A DNA stretch of 64,000 nucleotides, from IMG/VR virus record IMGVR_UViG_3300042282_000085. One strand, given 5' to 3'. The position numbers and the translations under genes are program-made. This document shows, piece by piece, positions 1 to 11,003 of the stretch (positions within the stretch are counted from its first letter, which is position 1; every line of letters starts with the position of its first letter). The notes under the pieces were generated by a model that saw only the letters and a program-made list of their open reading frames with translations, was not told where the DNA came from and searched no databases. The stretch is from a virus. Taxonomy: Duplodnaviria > Caudoviricetes.

Positions 1-1380
1 CTGTTGACCGTATTTAACCAGCACAACTTTCATATGATCGACTGTTTTACCCACGGCATTCAAATGGTTGCGGGTAGGGAGGTCGATATTGAAGGTGAGG
101 GTTAAACTGATCGTCTTATTGCCGTGTAAAACAGGGATCGTGACGGCGGCGTCGCTGCCTTTAATCTCCTTTAACAACTTCCACTCTTTCTTACCTTTGG
201 TTACTAAGTGTTCAGTAATGTCCAGGTATTCAGTGCGGGTACAGCTGTGGTTAGTGGTATAGCGTTCTAATTGATCCAGTAGCTGCATTAAGGTGTCCAC
301 ACCTTCATATGCGCGTCTGGGTGGTCTGACGTAAATCGTTAGCGGTTCTCCTTCCACCGTAACAATGTTCAGTCGCTTATGGTCCAAATGGGCCTTACCG
401 TGGACGGTCAACTGCTCCCAAATCGCGGGCTTAGTGACACGGTCCATCATCATAATGACCGGCTGGACAAAGTCATCCGGGGTTACTGCATTTTGATGCT
501 CAATGATTGCTTCAAACTGCTCAACCGGATTCGGGGTTACTAACACCGACATTAGGCTGTCGGGTGCTTCCGTTCCAAAGTGCTTACCGTTAAACCCACC
601 GCGGTCGTCAAAGTTCGCTGACAAATAAATGTGGCGGTTATCGACTGTACGCATGGGGGTATTCGTGGTGAACACCAACCGCTTACCCGAGATGAGTTTA
701 TTATAGGACGCGGGCTTGGGCCTACTGGACTTAGCAGCGCCCTCTGTACTGTCAGGGGTTTCCTCGGTGCCCTTCACCTGAATAACGAGGTCTTCTATTT
801 TCTTTTCAGCCGCTAAACGGCCTCGGTTCGCATTCTGATCAGCACGCTCATTGCCAGGGTCATCGGAGTGACCCTTTACCCAGTGGTAGATGAGTTTGAT
901 CTTACGCTGCTTTACATCCTGTTGAAGGCCGTCGATGGTTTGCCACATATCCATGTTGGAGATGGCATTACCTTCTTTCGTCTTCCAGCCATTCTTGCGC
1001 CATCCTTTTATATGGCGCTCTGCCCCATCCAGTACATATCGACTATCAAAGTAGACATGTGCTTCTGCCCAGTGACCGGCTAACAGCAGCTCGAGTACCC
1101 GAATGTAGGCCAGTAGTTCGGCGCGGTTATTCGTGACGACGTCACCAACATGACCAAAAATATCGAACTCGTTACCTGCATCGTCTTTACCGTAAATACC
1201 CAAACCCCCCATGCCAGGGTTAGGGCGCGCTGAGCCATCACAGTAAAGGGTTAATACCTTACCTCCTTCCATTGCCTTAATCGCACTATAGCTATCGTCT
1301 TTAGCCAATAATGCATTACTCTCTTCTGCGCCTGCAGGTTCGTGTGTAACGTCCTGCTTATTCTTCTTCGCACGTCCCAT
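1..1380 (-). CDS. rnhA: Ribonuclease HI with long C-terminal extension (3' end runs off the window)
   Basis: Not in the ORF track; translated by hand from ATG 1380 (GGAG RBS). Motifs LYCDGSARPNPG, TNNRAELLA, YFDSRYV, WRKNGWKT, WVKGHSDDPGNERAD carry the RNase H catalytic D-E-D-D residues. Confidence 0.93.
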   Translation of the reverse strand, partial: MGRAKKNKQDVTHEPAGAEESNALLAKDDSYSAIKAMEGGKVLTLYCDGSARPNPGMGGLGIYGKDDAGNEFDIFGHVGDVVTNNRAELLAYIRVLELLLAGHWAEAHVYFDSRYVLDGAERHIKGWRKNGWKTKEGNAISNMDMWQTIDGLQQDVKQRKIKLIYHWVKGHSDDPGNERADQNANRGRLAAEKKIEDLVIQVKGTEETPDSTEGAAKSSRPKPASYNKLISGKRLVFTTNTPMRTVDNRHIYLSANFDDRGGFNGKHFGTEAPDSLMSVLVTPNPVEQFEAIIEHQNAVTPDDFVQPVIMMMDRVTKPAIWEQLTVHGKAHLDHKRLNIVTVEGEPLTIYVRPPRRAYEGVDTLMQLLDQLERYTTNHSCTRTEYLDITEHLVTKGKKEWKLLKEIKGSDAAVTIPVLHGNKTISLTLTFNIDLPTRNHLNAVGKTVDHMKVVLVKYGQQ

Positions 1381-1753
1381 CTGTTCTTACTCCCTCGAGC
1401 CAGGTGTCAATTTGCCGTGTCCGTTTGAGCAATGCCTCTACCAGCTCTAACATACTGTCACGAGTCTGATAGGGAGTGATGTCAAATGCATCTTGCTCAA
1501 TTACCTTAACCAATCGCGTACAGAGCGTCTTCTGTGGCGAGGCATCGGCAGAAGGTGGACCGGAATCAGTGAATACCTGGGTGGTGATGGAGGGATAAGT
1601 GGTGGTTTGTGCGTACCCTGATCGGTGGTCAATCAGGGTGAGTTTAAGCTCCAGCGGTGGAGGCGGTGCGGGTGGTTGAGGGGAGGGTAGTATAACCATG
1701 CATCCCGATAACACACTGCACCCTACCAATACCGCAGCACGTACATACTGCAT
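1358..1753 (-). CDS. Lipoprotein, candidate o-spanin
   Basis: ATG at 1753 overlaps the upstream stop (TAATG). Signal MQYVRAAVLVGCSVLSG-C has a lipobox and is followed by a Pro-rich stretch. Confidence 0.55.
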   Translation of the reverse strand: MQYVRAAVLVGCSVLSGCMVILPSPQPPAPPPPLELKLTLIDHRSGYAQTTTYPSITTQVFTDSGPPSADASPQKTLCTRLVKVIEQDAFDITPYQTRDSMLELVEALLKRTRQIDTWLEGVRTDGTCEEE

Positions 1754-2022
1754 TAAAGTTCTCCAGACTGATATTGCTGTAAGAGTGCTCGATAACGGTC
1801 CTGTTCTGAGGGCATCGTCCTGATAGGCTCTTCGGGTGGGGCAACGACTGTACATTCTTCACTGTTAATGGGTGTAGGAGGGGTAGCTACAGTGTCAAAG
1901 TACCAGGTGGTACCTGAACCCGTGACTACCCCTATACACCCGTATACGAAGTACAGTAGTCGGTGTTTCAGCATAGGAGACTGTCTAACTTTCGTTAGGC
2001 AAAATCGCAAGAACGCTTTCAT
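1753..2022 (-). CDS. Single-TM membrane protein, candidate i-spanin
   Basis: Basic N-terminus, one hydrophobic segment (LLYFVYGCIGVVTG), translationally coupled to the lipoprotein gene. Confidence 0.45.
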   Translation of the reverse strand: MKAFLRFCLTKVRQSPMLKHRLLYFVYGCIGVVTGSGTTWYFDTVATPPTPINSEECTVVAPPEEPIRTMPSEQDRYRALLQQYQSGEL

Positions 2023-2091
2023 TAGACCATCCTTATATGGCGTTCTAATATGGATGTGAACCAGATGATTCGCTCTGCGATTATTTTTAAC

Positions 2092-2652
2092 TTACAGGCA
2101 TGTCCAGCTCACATCACTAACCTTAGCGACGTGTTGGTTAGCCTTCAGTATACCGCAACTACGGATGCGGGTACACTCGTGCACGGTACATATTTCCTTA
2201 CCGTCCTCTACAATTCCCCAAAGATCGATACACTCCCACTCCATGGCATCCAGCACAGGGAAATAGGCATCTGCCAACTCTACTTCAGTATTCACTCTCG
2301 TTAGGTAGATACGGTTTGTATACGGAAGTGCATCCGCGTATACCTGAGCGCCCCCTACTACTATGGGCTGTAAACCAAGATCCAAAATACGGATGATGGC
2401 CTCTGGTAGGGACCTGACAATGATTAACCCTTCTTTAACCGGATAGTCTTCTTGTGACGTAATCATCACCGTCGTACGGCCAGGCAGAGGCTTACCGATA
2501 GACTCGTATGTTTTACGACCCATAATCATTGCCTTACCCATGGTCGTGTCTTTAAACCACTGAAGGTCTTGAGGAATGTGCCAGGGAAGACCACCACCTA
2601 CACCGATCGCCCGATTGAGATCATGGGCTACAATCATTTCCAGTTCAATCAT
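2092..2652 (-). CDS. folA: Dihydrofolate reductase
   Basis: [53 protein letters not shown]. Confidence 0.97.
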   Translation of the reverse strand: MIELEMIVAHDLNRAIGVGGGLPWHIPQDLQWFKDTTMGKAMIMGRKTYESIGKPLPGRTTVMITSQEDYPVKEGLIIVRSLPEAIIRILDLGLQPIVVGGAQVYADALPYTNRIYLTRVNTEVELADAYFPVLDAMEWECIDLWGIVEDGKEICTVHECTRIRSCGILKANQHVAKVSDVSWTCL

Positions 2653-3590
2653 ACGGACACCTTCGCTTTAATAGCCGGATGCGGATTGTAATCTTCCAGA
2701 ATAAAGTCTTCGTATTTATAATCGAAGATTGAATCGGGCTTACGGGCAAACCGCATCTTGGGTAAAGGTCTAGGGTCCCGACTAAGTTGCTCCTGTACAA
2801 TGGTGGGGTCCTGGAGGTGGTCCTGGTACAGGTGTGTGTCACCGGTTACATGGATGTACTCGCCCAGCTCTAGGTCACACTGCTGTGCAATCATCATCGT
2901 CAATAGTGCGTAGGAGGCGATATTAAACGGCGCGCCGAGTTGGCTATCACAGCTACGCTGCAGCATCATGCAGCTTAGTTTGCCATTCTGTACGTAGAAC
3001 TGAAAAAACGTATGGCACGCCGGTAGGGCAGCCTTGCCATTACGGACATTGTCCTGAGGGGATATAGATTCATCAGGAAGGTCAGCCGGATTCCAAGCAC
3101 TGACAATAATGCGTCTGGAGTTAGGGTTCGTCTTCAACGTATCGATAACATTTTGAATCTGATTAATGGTACGTCTAACTACCGCTATCGGATGTCCAGT
3201 GACCTCATCCAACACTAGGCCGTGGTACGTGTATCCCTGCTCAAGGTACCTGGCAATCCCCTCAGGGCGAATCATTTTGGTATCGTCCCAGCTCACCCAC
3301 TGCTTGGAGTAGATTGGTCCTAGGCGACCATCCTCCAGTGCCCATTCATCCCAAATGCGTACACCGTTCTCTTTCAGGGTATTGTTGTTGGTATCGCCGG
3401 AGAGGAACCATAAGAGTTCATGGATAATGGATTTAAGGTGAACCTTTTTGGTGGTAAGCAGTGGGAAACCTGCGCTCAGGTCAAAGCGTAGCATGCGACC
3501 AAAGACCGAGCGCGTACCTGTACCTGTACGGTCGCCCTTATCAATGCCGTTGTCCAAGATATCTTGGAGCAGATTTAGATATTGCTGCAT
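2649..3590 (-). CDS. thyA: Thymidylate synthase
   Basis: DRTGTGT, PLLTTKK, ELLWFL, LPACH, QRSCD, PFNIASY, GDTHLY; carries an internal insertion after QWVSW. Confidence 0.98.
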   Translation of the reverse strand: MQQYLNLLQDILDNGIDKGDRTGTGTRSVFGRMLRFDLSAGFPLLTTKKVHLKSIIHELLWFLSGDTNNNTLKENGVRIWDEWALEDGRLGPIYSKQWVSWDDTKMIRPEGIARYLEQGYTYHGLVLDEVTGHPIAVVRRTINQIQNVIDTLKTNPNSRRIIVSAWNPADLPDESISPQDNVRNGKAALPACHTFFQFYVQNGKLSCMMLQRSCDSQLGAPFNIASYALLTMMIAQQCDLELGEYIHVTGDTHLYQDHLQDPTIVQEQLSRDPRPLPKMRFARKPDSIFDYKYEDFILEDYNPHPAIKAKVSV

Positions 3591-3733
3591 GTGTAGCCCT
3601 CAATAGCTTTACTGAATTACGATTACGGATGGCAAGGTGTTAACGCGTGGGTCGGGTCCAATTCATCGAGGGTCCGTTGCAGGTCCCCAACAGTTATTAT
3701 TTCCATTGCCTCAGTGTCACTCATGGCAACCCC

Positions 3734-4216
3734 TCACAGCTCAAAGGCAATGGCAGGGCTGTGTTCTCCCAACCAACGGGTGAAAGACTTCCTTACTAGG
3801 GCATGTGCGGATGGAAGATACTCAGCGTCGTCAAAAATCACCACACTCACGCCATCGAACAGACGATGAAGTTCGTCCAAGTCGTTCCGATATAGTTTGC
3901 CGATCTGTCGCCAAGTAAAGATTAGGTGGCCCTCGTCCAATGCGTCAACTCGGCTCAGAAGGGTTTGAACCTGGGTGGCATCTCGACAAATCAAGGCCAC
4001 GTCGCTGCGGCGACCGATGACGTCCATGGCCCACGTGGACTTACCGGACTGACGGGGCAAACGGCTGCCGTAGGTGCGGAGCTCTTGAAAGAACCGACCG
4101 GGGTCGCCCATGGCGTGGCGAAGATCGAGTTCGCGATCGGTACCTATCAACTTTAGGGCGTGCTGTTCAGCGTGCGCCAGCGTTTGATTCAGCATCTCTT
4201 TGGTGGCTTCGTACAT
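3734..4216 (-). CDS. Small P-loop NTPase-like protein
   Basis: PRQSGKST (Walker A-like, terminase/SF2 style) and VVIFDDAE (Walker B-like). Confidence 0.6.
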   Translation of the reverse strand: MYEATKEMLNQTLAHAEQHALKLIGTDRELDLRHAMGDPGRFFQELRTYGSRLPRQSGKSTWAMDVIGRRSDVALICRDATQVQTLLSRVDALDEGHLIFTWRQIGKLYRNDLDELHRLFDGVSVVIFDDAEYLPSAHALVRKSFTRWLGEHSPAIAFEL

Positions 4217-4237
4217 AGCTGCTTCCTTTTCATTGTT

Positions 4238-4444
4238 TTAAACTGGCTGTCCGTCGAGTACTTCCTGCTCATTGTAGACAGGTAGGCAATATCGACATTT
4301 CTTGGTTAGGCTATATGCCCAGGTTTTACCGCCATCTATTGTACATTTGTATCCGTAAACGGAGCGGGTACCTGTGCCTGTACGGTCACCCTTATCGGTG
4401 CCATTTTCGATAACGTCGGCGGGTAGATCTGGATACTGTTGCAT
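4238..4444 (-). pseudogene. Truncated second thyA (N-terminal remnant)
   Basis: [31 protein letters not shown] versus thy[32 protein letters not shown]; then diverges and stops at 68 aa. Confidence 0.8.
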
Positions 4445-4608
4445 TATTTACCCTTATGTTTATTAAAGTGGTCATTTGCGTATTCGATAACGTCAAATAA
4501 GGTACCGGCAGGCAAGACTGCGCCTGCCTCAGTAAGATACTGGGTGGCAGCTAAATACCCCACCTTGTCTTTCGTAAAGGGCCACTCTGTGTGCTCGTTT
4601 ACATCCAT
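4444..4608 (-). CDS. Small hypothetical protein (54 aa, MDVNEHTEWPF...)
   Basis: Translated by hand; GGAG RBS; stop overlaps the next ATG (TAATG). Confidence 0.6.
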   Translation of the reverse strand: MDVNEHTEWPFTKDKVGYLAATQYLTEAGAVLPAGTLFDVIEYANDHFNKHKGK

Positions 4609-4690
4609 CAGATATTCTCCTCACTCTATGGGATAGTCTCCTACCCTATAAAGAAAAAAATAAATGGCTAGGGGCCCTATGGCCCCTTCC

Positions 4691-5188
4691 TTATACGGAT
4701 AAAGCAATATCGAACTTTATCCGTCCACGCTTCGTAACTACGGTACCGGTTACTTGACCCAGGTCCTTATCTACCACGATATCGCCACGCGAAACGGCTT
4801 GATCAAATCCAAGTTTCAGGTTACGATGCACATCGTTCCCTTTAAGAACCTTAGAGACCGTAAAGGGCGATACGTCCAGAATACCAGCCAGGTCTATCTG
4901 AGAGATGCTGTACTCCTTACTCAGCGCGTGTACGACCGCCACAATAAGGGCGTCGGGGTGTTTATCTAAAGAGGTCGTCTCAACCGTAACATTATCAGTT
5001 GACCCTACAATATCCTTTACCGCCTGCACATCACACTTCAGAGCATCGGCGATGTCTTCCACACTGACATTATGTGCCAGTGCCGCCTCCACCAAACGGT
5101 TACGTTCACGCACCACGTCATGTACGCGACGACCGACACTGTAAAGTTCTTGTTTAAACTGCTGGCTCTGCAACATACTGTACTCCAT
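4691..5188 (-). CDS. Putative HTH DNA-binding protein
   Basis: Two HTH-like segments (VSVEDIADALKCDVQAVKDIV; ISQIDLAGILDVSPFTVSKVL). Confidence 0.55.
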   Translation of the reverse strand: MEYSMLQSQQFKQELYSVGRRVHDVVRERNRLVEAALAHNVSVEDIADALKCDVQAVKDIVGSTDNVTVETTSLDKHPDALIVAVVHALSKEYSISQIDLAGILDVSPFTVSKVLKGNDVHRNLKLGFDQAVSRGDIVVDKDLGQVTGTVVTKRGRIKFDIALSV

Positions 5189-5525
5189 TGTACCAGATTC
5201 GATAAGGTTCTGGTCTTAATCCATATGGTTTTACAAATACGTACCCACCTTTCAAGGGACTTACGGTTACGCCTAAAGGATAAAGGGCCTCGCTTAAATT
5301 TTCAATTAACCCTCCCTTTAACGTTGTGCGCTTCAGCATAAACTTAAGGTCTTCTTTGGATAAGAAGGTGGTGGGTGATACTGGAGGCGCTGGGACACTT
5401 AGAAAGGTTTGTTGCCGTGCGAGTGCCTGAGATATTGCGGTTCTCTGGTAAATTCCCAGGGCACCGTCTAGAAAGACTAGCAACTCATCGAGCGGCGGCA
5501 AGTCACGCTTACTACTCATACTCAC
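5154..5525 (-). CDS. Hypothetical protein
   Basis: ORF in a tightly packed minus-strand operon. Confidence 0.6.
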   Translation of the reverse strand: MSMSSKRDLPPLDELLVFLDGALGIYQRTAISQALARQQTFLSVPAPPVSPTTFLSKEDLKFMLKRTTLKGGLIENLSEALYPLGVTVSPLKGGYVFVKPYGLRPEPYRIWYNGVQYVAEPAV

Positions 5526-5531
5526 GACCCT

Positions 5532-5798
5532 CTATTCGTTAGTGGGGTTAAGGGTATCGTACCACTCAGCACGAGCACCCTCTATAAAGTCCGGATGAAT
5601 AGGAAATGCATCCGCCCGATGGATGCCCTCTGGGTTATCAGGAGAGGTAGACCGATCTACCTTTACAACTGCATAGCCAAGATCACTCCACCAGATATCG
5701 GTGACTGTTATCGCGTCTCCGGCCTGGATATCATGACTATCCTTACCAGCAATCATTGTGACGGGGGGTAAAAGTTTCATAGTGGTATCCTCATTCAA
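5532..5798 (-). CDS. Hypothetical protein
   Basis: ORF in operon; likely start MKLLPP after a GAGG RBS. Confidence 0.6.
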   Translation of the reverse strand: MNEDTTMKLLPPVTMIAGKDSHDIQAGDAITVTDIWWSDLGYAVVKVDRSTSPDNPEGIHRADAFPIHPDFIEGARAEWYDTLNPTNE

Positions 5799-5807
5799 AA
5801 TGGATAG

Positions 5808-5843
5808 CCCTCCCTACCCTAGCCTAGGCTAGGGTAGGGAGGG
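5808..5843. terminator. Perfect 36-nt palindrome, terminator-like hairpin
   Basis: CCCTCCCTACCCTAGCCT|AGGCTAGGGTAGGGAGGG, intergenic. Confidence 0.6.
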
Positions 5844-5962
5844 TGAGCCTTTATCGGTACTGCGATTAAACAATCGCATTGTCCTCTTAGAAGGTGGCTC
5901 ATTTAATCTAAACACAGTGTTAAAATTAATTAATACTCAAAATAACCCCACCTTAGTCGTGG

Positions 5963-7171
5963 TTAGTAAAGTCCCTCACTATAGAGTTCATTGCCCGACC
6001 CACCATTGCGTTTAAAGTCAACGGGCTGACCAGCAGCTAGCGCCACCAGCAACGCCTCATGGCGATCCATGTACGTTTCCCATTGATCAATGAAGCCTTG
6101 TTCCCACTTACGATCATCCACGTAACCTAATTTAAGGTAGGCCTCTGCTTGAACGTGCATAGTGGGACAGAAGTGACGTGGGCCGACCAACATATAGTCA
6201 CCGTTTCTACAGGCAGCACATACGACCTTACGCAGAGGCACTTCGGAAACAGACGCCTGTAGCGGTGCTGCGTACAGAACCACCTTAGCGGTCTTACGGT
6301 CCCGAACTCCCATCAGAAGCACAGGGTAGGGTAGGTCCTCCAAGGGCGATTCTTTACCACCAACCAATACAGGGGTGCGCTCTACTGGATAGCCTTTATC
6401 CACCGTGTGACTATCCAAATTACAGTGGATGTGGTCCAATAGACCGATGGCTACTTTAAGGTTTACCACCGAGTAAATTCCCTTAACAACCTCTGTATGC
6501 GGTGTGTCATGCTGCACTGACCGCAGCTCATCCGGCAAGTCGCGATCATGCGGATCCAGCTCCATGAAACGCTGAAGCGCAGCCTTCAACTGATCCCGCT
6601 CTTGTTCTGCTTCAAAAAGGCGCTTAATTGATACAAGGTGCGTATCTGAAGCTACAACTTCACGCAATCGCTCCACCTCAGCCTGCAGCGGTGCCATGAG
6701 TGCCTCTGCAAACTCATACACATACGGGTTTAGGTCTTCGGATCCATGCGGCTGGGTTTTCAGTTTGAAGCCATTGGCCAGGACAAGTTCCTTGACCTGT
6801 TCACGCTGCACCGTCTTTTCTCCTCTCCGGAAAGGCACTACCCAGCGACTGTAGCTCTTGGAGTAGTTGTACCAATTCCCATCGCCAAAGCACAGGCCCC
6901 AGGCGTTGTAGGAATTGTTCTCGGTAGAGGACCAGGCGTATTCAATAGACTGCACAGATGCTACAGTTCGGGCGTCGTAAAGTGCATCTAAGATCATCCT
7001 ATCGGGCAATTCATACCCAAGCCCATGACAGTATGCCACACCCTCATGCCAATCACACTCTCTCCACAGTGACTGAGGGGCTACGGCCCAATACTCCGTA
7101 TCCGTGATATGGAAAACAGTATCTCCGTTATCCAGCACTGCGCCAACCTCAATTGCATTGCTACTAGTCAT
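5963..7171 (-). CDS. Chimeric protein: N-terminal CLec-fold (DUF1566/Lcl-like) domain with DGR variable repeat, fused to unrelated phage domains
   Basis: Residues 1-116 align with the C-terminal domains of 30305 and 32309 (GAVLDNG..AVAP..YC..LGYELP..WSSTE..AW.L.FG.GNWY..K..WVVPFRR); about 285 further aa follow in frame. Confidence 0.8.
   Translation of the reverse strand: MTSSNAIEVGAVLDNGDTVFHITDTEYWAVAPQSLWRECDWHEGVAYCHGLGYELPDRMILDALYDARTVASVQSIEYAWSSTENNSYNAWGLCFGDGNWYNYSKSYSRWVVPFRRGEKTVQREQVKELVLANGFKLKTQPHGSEDLNPYVYEFAEALMAPLQAEVERLREVVASDTHLVSIKRLFEAEQERDQLKAALQRFMELDPHDRDLPDELRSVQHDTPHTEVVKGIYSVVNLKVAIGLLDHIHCNLDSHTVDKGYPVERTPVLVGGKESPLEDLPYPVLLMGVRDRKTAKVVLYAAPLQASVSEVPLRKVVCAACRNGDYMLVGPRHFCPTMHVQAEAYLKLGYVDDRKWEQGFIDQWETYMDRHEALLVALAAGQPVDFKRNGGSGNELYSEGLY
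6824..6940 (-). repeat. DGR variable repeat copy VR3
   Basis: 117 nt identical to 31247-31363 and 33167-33283 except at codon positions 1-2 of NNC/NNT codons. Confidence 0.88.
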
Positions 7172-7173
7172 AG

Positions 7174-7374
7174 TTAAGTCCTTCGTTTACCCATCGGTAT
7201 AATTGACCACCAACCTACCTTCACTACCATCGTAATCATCGTCACCTCAGCGATTACCATAATGAAGGAAAAGTAAAAGGCGGCTTTGTATTTGCCGCCC
7301 ACTACATTCTGGCTTTGAAACCCACGTATAAAGACATAGGTGAAAGTGGATAAAAGTTGAATGAGATAAGACAT
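7174..7374 (-). CDS. Small membrane protein, possibly C-terminally truncated
   Basis: Two hydrophobic helices; ends abruptly (IIPMGKRRT) 2 nt before the VR3 gene. Confidence 0.55.
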   Translation of the reverse strand: MSYLIQLLSTFTYVFIRGFQSQNVVGGKYKAAFYFSFIMVIAEVTMITMVVKVGWWSIIPMGKRRT

Positions 7375-7429
7375 CACGCCCATCCTACTGTATAAGTGAC
7401 ACCGCTCTAAATTCTTGCGCAATCTTTAA

Positions 7430-7702
7430 TCAATCTATCGATTTGAGATAGATTCCTTTACCCGGCAGAAAATAAATATGCTGATAGAGCGTAATCAGCG
7501 GCTCCAGGTCCAAATCAAAGTGGACGCTGTTATAGTGTCCCTCATACCCCTCCAGCGTTAGGTTGGTGGAACTATTGCCCATTTCTATGGCGGTAACACG
7601 ACAGACGTCCCCCACCGCAACGGAGGCGGGTGGTGTACCGGCGGGCGTATCGTGTCTACTGATGCACTTGGTTTCAATGGGTCGATTCAATGTAAAGCGC
7701 AT
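7430..7702 (-). CDS. Hypothetical protein
   Basis: ORF with GAGG RBS in the early operon. Confidence 0.65.
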   Translation of the reverse strand: MRFTLNRPIETKCISRHDTPAGTPPASVAVGDVCRVTAIEMGNSSTNLTLEGYEGHYNSVHFDLDLEPLITLYQHIYFLPGKGIYLKSID

Positions 7703-7726
7703 ATCGTACCTCTACGTGTCTTTCGG

Positions 7727-8266
7727 TTAAGGGTTAACGGTGATGTCGACAGTGTAGCAGCTCTCTGTGTGACTATGATGTTCACAGAAGCTCTGGGCGG
7801 TGGGTGAGTGGGTACCGTCACTGTAAAAACAGTTTGTACCACTGCCCTTACGAACCTCATATGCCAGCTGCACGGATTGAGTAAAGAAGCCCTCCACCGG
7901 ATCGTTCGGTGTGGTCGGGGTGTTCAGCACGAGATAGCCTGATACTGGCGGTTTATAGGCAACAACCGCTGGATTGTTGACCTCCCAATAGAAGACTTCC
8001 CAATACCCAAAGAGTGAATAGCCCATGCAGCGATACAGGTGTCGGTACACTTCACTGTTCTTACCGTGCCCCAACGCATGCAGCAGAGGAACAAGGTCGT
8101 TTAATGACAGAGGTAACAGGGCGGCCTCTACCTCCGGATCAGGCATCCACCGCAGGGTGCCCTGCGGGTCTCGGATGATGGGGTGGTTGTGATGGGCCTC
8201 CGTCGCCATCATCTCCTGGTATTCTTCCGGCAGTGCCTCGCGTGGCACAATCTCGTAAGTACCCAT
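7727..8266 (-). CDS. Hypothetical protein
   Basis: Coupled to the upstream gene (TAATG). Confidence 0.7.
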   Translation of the reverse strand: MGTYEIVPREALPEEYQEMMATEAHHNHPIIRDPQGTLRWMPDPEVEAALLPLSLNDLVPLLHALGHGKNSEVYRHLYRCMGYSLFGYWEVFYWEVNNPAVVAYKPPVSGYLVLNTPTTPNDPVEGFFTQSVQLAYEVRKGSGTNCFYSDGTHSPTAQSFCEHHSHTESCYTVDITVNP

Positions 8267-8652
8267 TACTGTTCTCCCTTTTCACTACCTTTGGCAGTAT
8301 GGACGACGTAATCGACTATGTCCCCCATCGCCTTGGACCCCTTGAAGTGCCCGCCTGTATCCCTGCACATAGCAGCCCACTCCTCACACATCTGCCGCCA
8401 GTCCCCGGTACTCTGTGGCAGATAGAAGTCCTCCAGATTAGGGTTATCTTTAACAACCTCCCCATCTTTCACTACCATACGGTAGCGGGCCCAGCGGCTC
8501 ACGGACACCGTAAATCCAGGGTTTTCTTTGGACAGCTCAATAAGAGCTTCCTTACTAATGTGGTCACAAAACCAATCCTTGTTACCGCCCCGATCTACGG
8601 GATGTACTACCTCTATATGAAAACGACTGTTCAAATCTGAATACTCGGACAT
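8266..8652 (-). CDS. Hypothetical early protein
   Basis: AAGGAG RBS; first gene after the early promoter. Confidence 0.7.
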   Translation of the reverse strand: MSEYSDLNSRFHIEVVHPVDRGGNKDWFCDHISKEALIELSKENPGFTVSVSRWARYRMVVKDGEVVKDNPNLEDFYLPQSTGDWRQMCEEWAAMCRDTGGHFKGSKAMGDIVDYVVHTAKGSEKGEQ

Positions 8653-8687
8653 GTTTACTCTCCTTAGAGTTAGGTATAGTCCCTAAG

Positions 8688-8701
8688 GTAATATAGGTTT
8701 T
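8688..8701 (-). promoter_or_regulatory. phiKZ-type early promoter
   Basis: Minus strand AAAACCTATATTAC (phiKZ early consensus TATATTAC), about 35 nt upstream of a start codon. Confidence 0.8.
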
Positions 8702-8817
8702 CGTTAATCTAGAATAGTTAATCTAAAGAAAAAAAAAGAGGAGTATCCTCTTTTAGTGCTGGAGCCAGGCCTCCAGCTTCGCAATGTCACCCTGGTCTTT
8801 ATTCCGTAGGCACGCTG

Positions 8818-10644
<1,827 letters not shown>

Positions 10645-10660
10645 CTATGTCATCCTAACA

Positions 10661-10673
10661 GTAATATAGGTTT
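10661..10673 (-). promoter_or_regulatory. phiKZ-type early promoter
   Basis: AAACCTATATTAC upstream of ligA. Confidence 0.8.
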
Positions 10674-10965
10674 GTAGATACTACGACTCCATAGTCTATA
10701 CTACCCTCTATCCTACTAACAGTCATAAACCCCTATACCCCTCTAATGGGGATATAGGGTTATACCAGTATACTTATTAGTACAGTAGTAGTAGAGAGCA
10801 TGGGTAGTACTCTATACTGTGGTAAATAATGTCCCTCCCTCATCTACTTACCTGCTCCGTTCCTATCCTTCGTTTCACTCAGTCTAGTCACTCCACAGCC
10901 GTAGCTGGGAAGGGGCTCTTTTTAGTACATCATCACAGACTACTGTTAAAATAAATAAATACCTA

Positions 10966-10991
10966 TACTCCTCCCCTTAGAGGGAGGAGTA
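10966..10991 (-). terminator. Hairpin terminator
   Basis: TACTCCTCCC..GGGAGGAGTA stem followed by a T-rich run on the minus strand, after 11004. Confidence 0.65.
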
Positions 10992-11003
10992 CAGTAGAGT
11001 TTA

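Noticed and set aside
3734-4216. Terminase large subunit call
   Set aside because: Only 160 aa with no nuclease domain, and outside the packaging context.
6824-6940. Possibility that this copy is the DGR template repeat
   Set aside because: It has non-A bases at many variable columns (GGC, TGC, GAT, TCC, CGC) where other copies have A. None of the three copies fits a TR.
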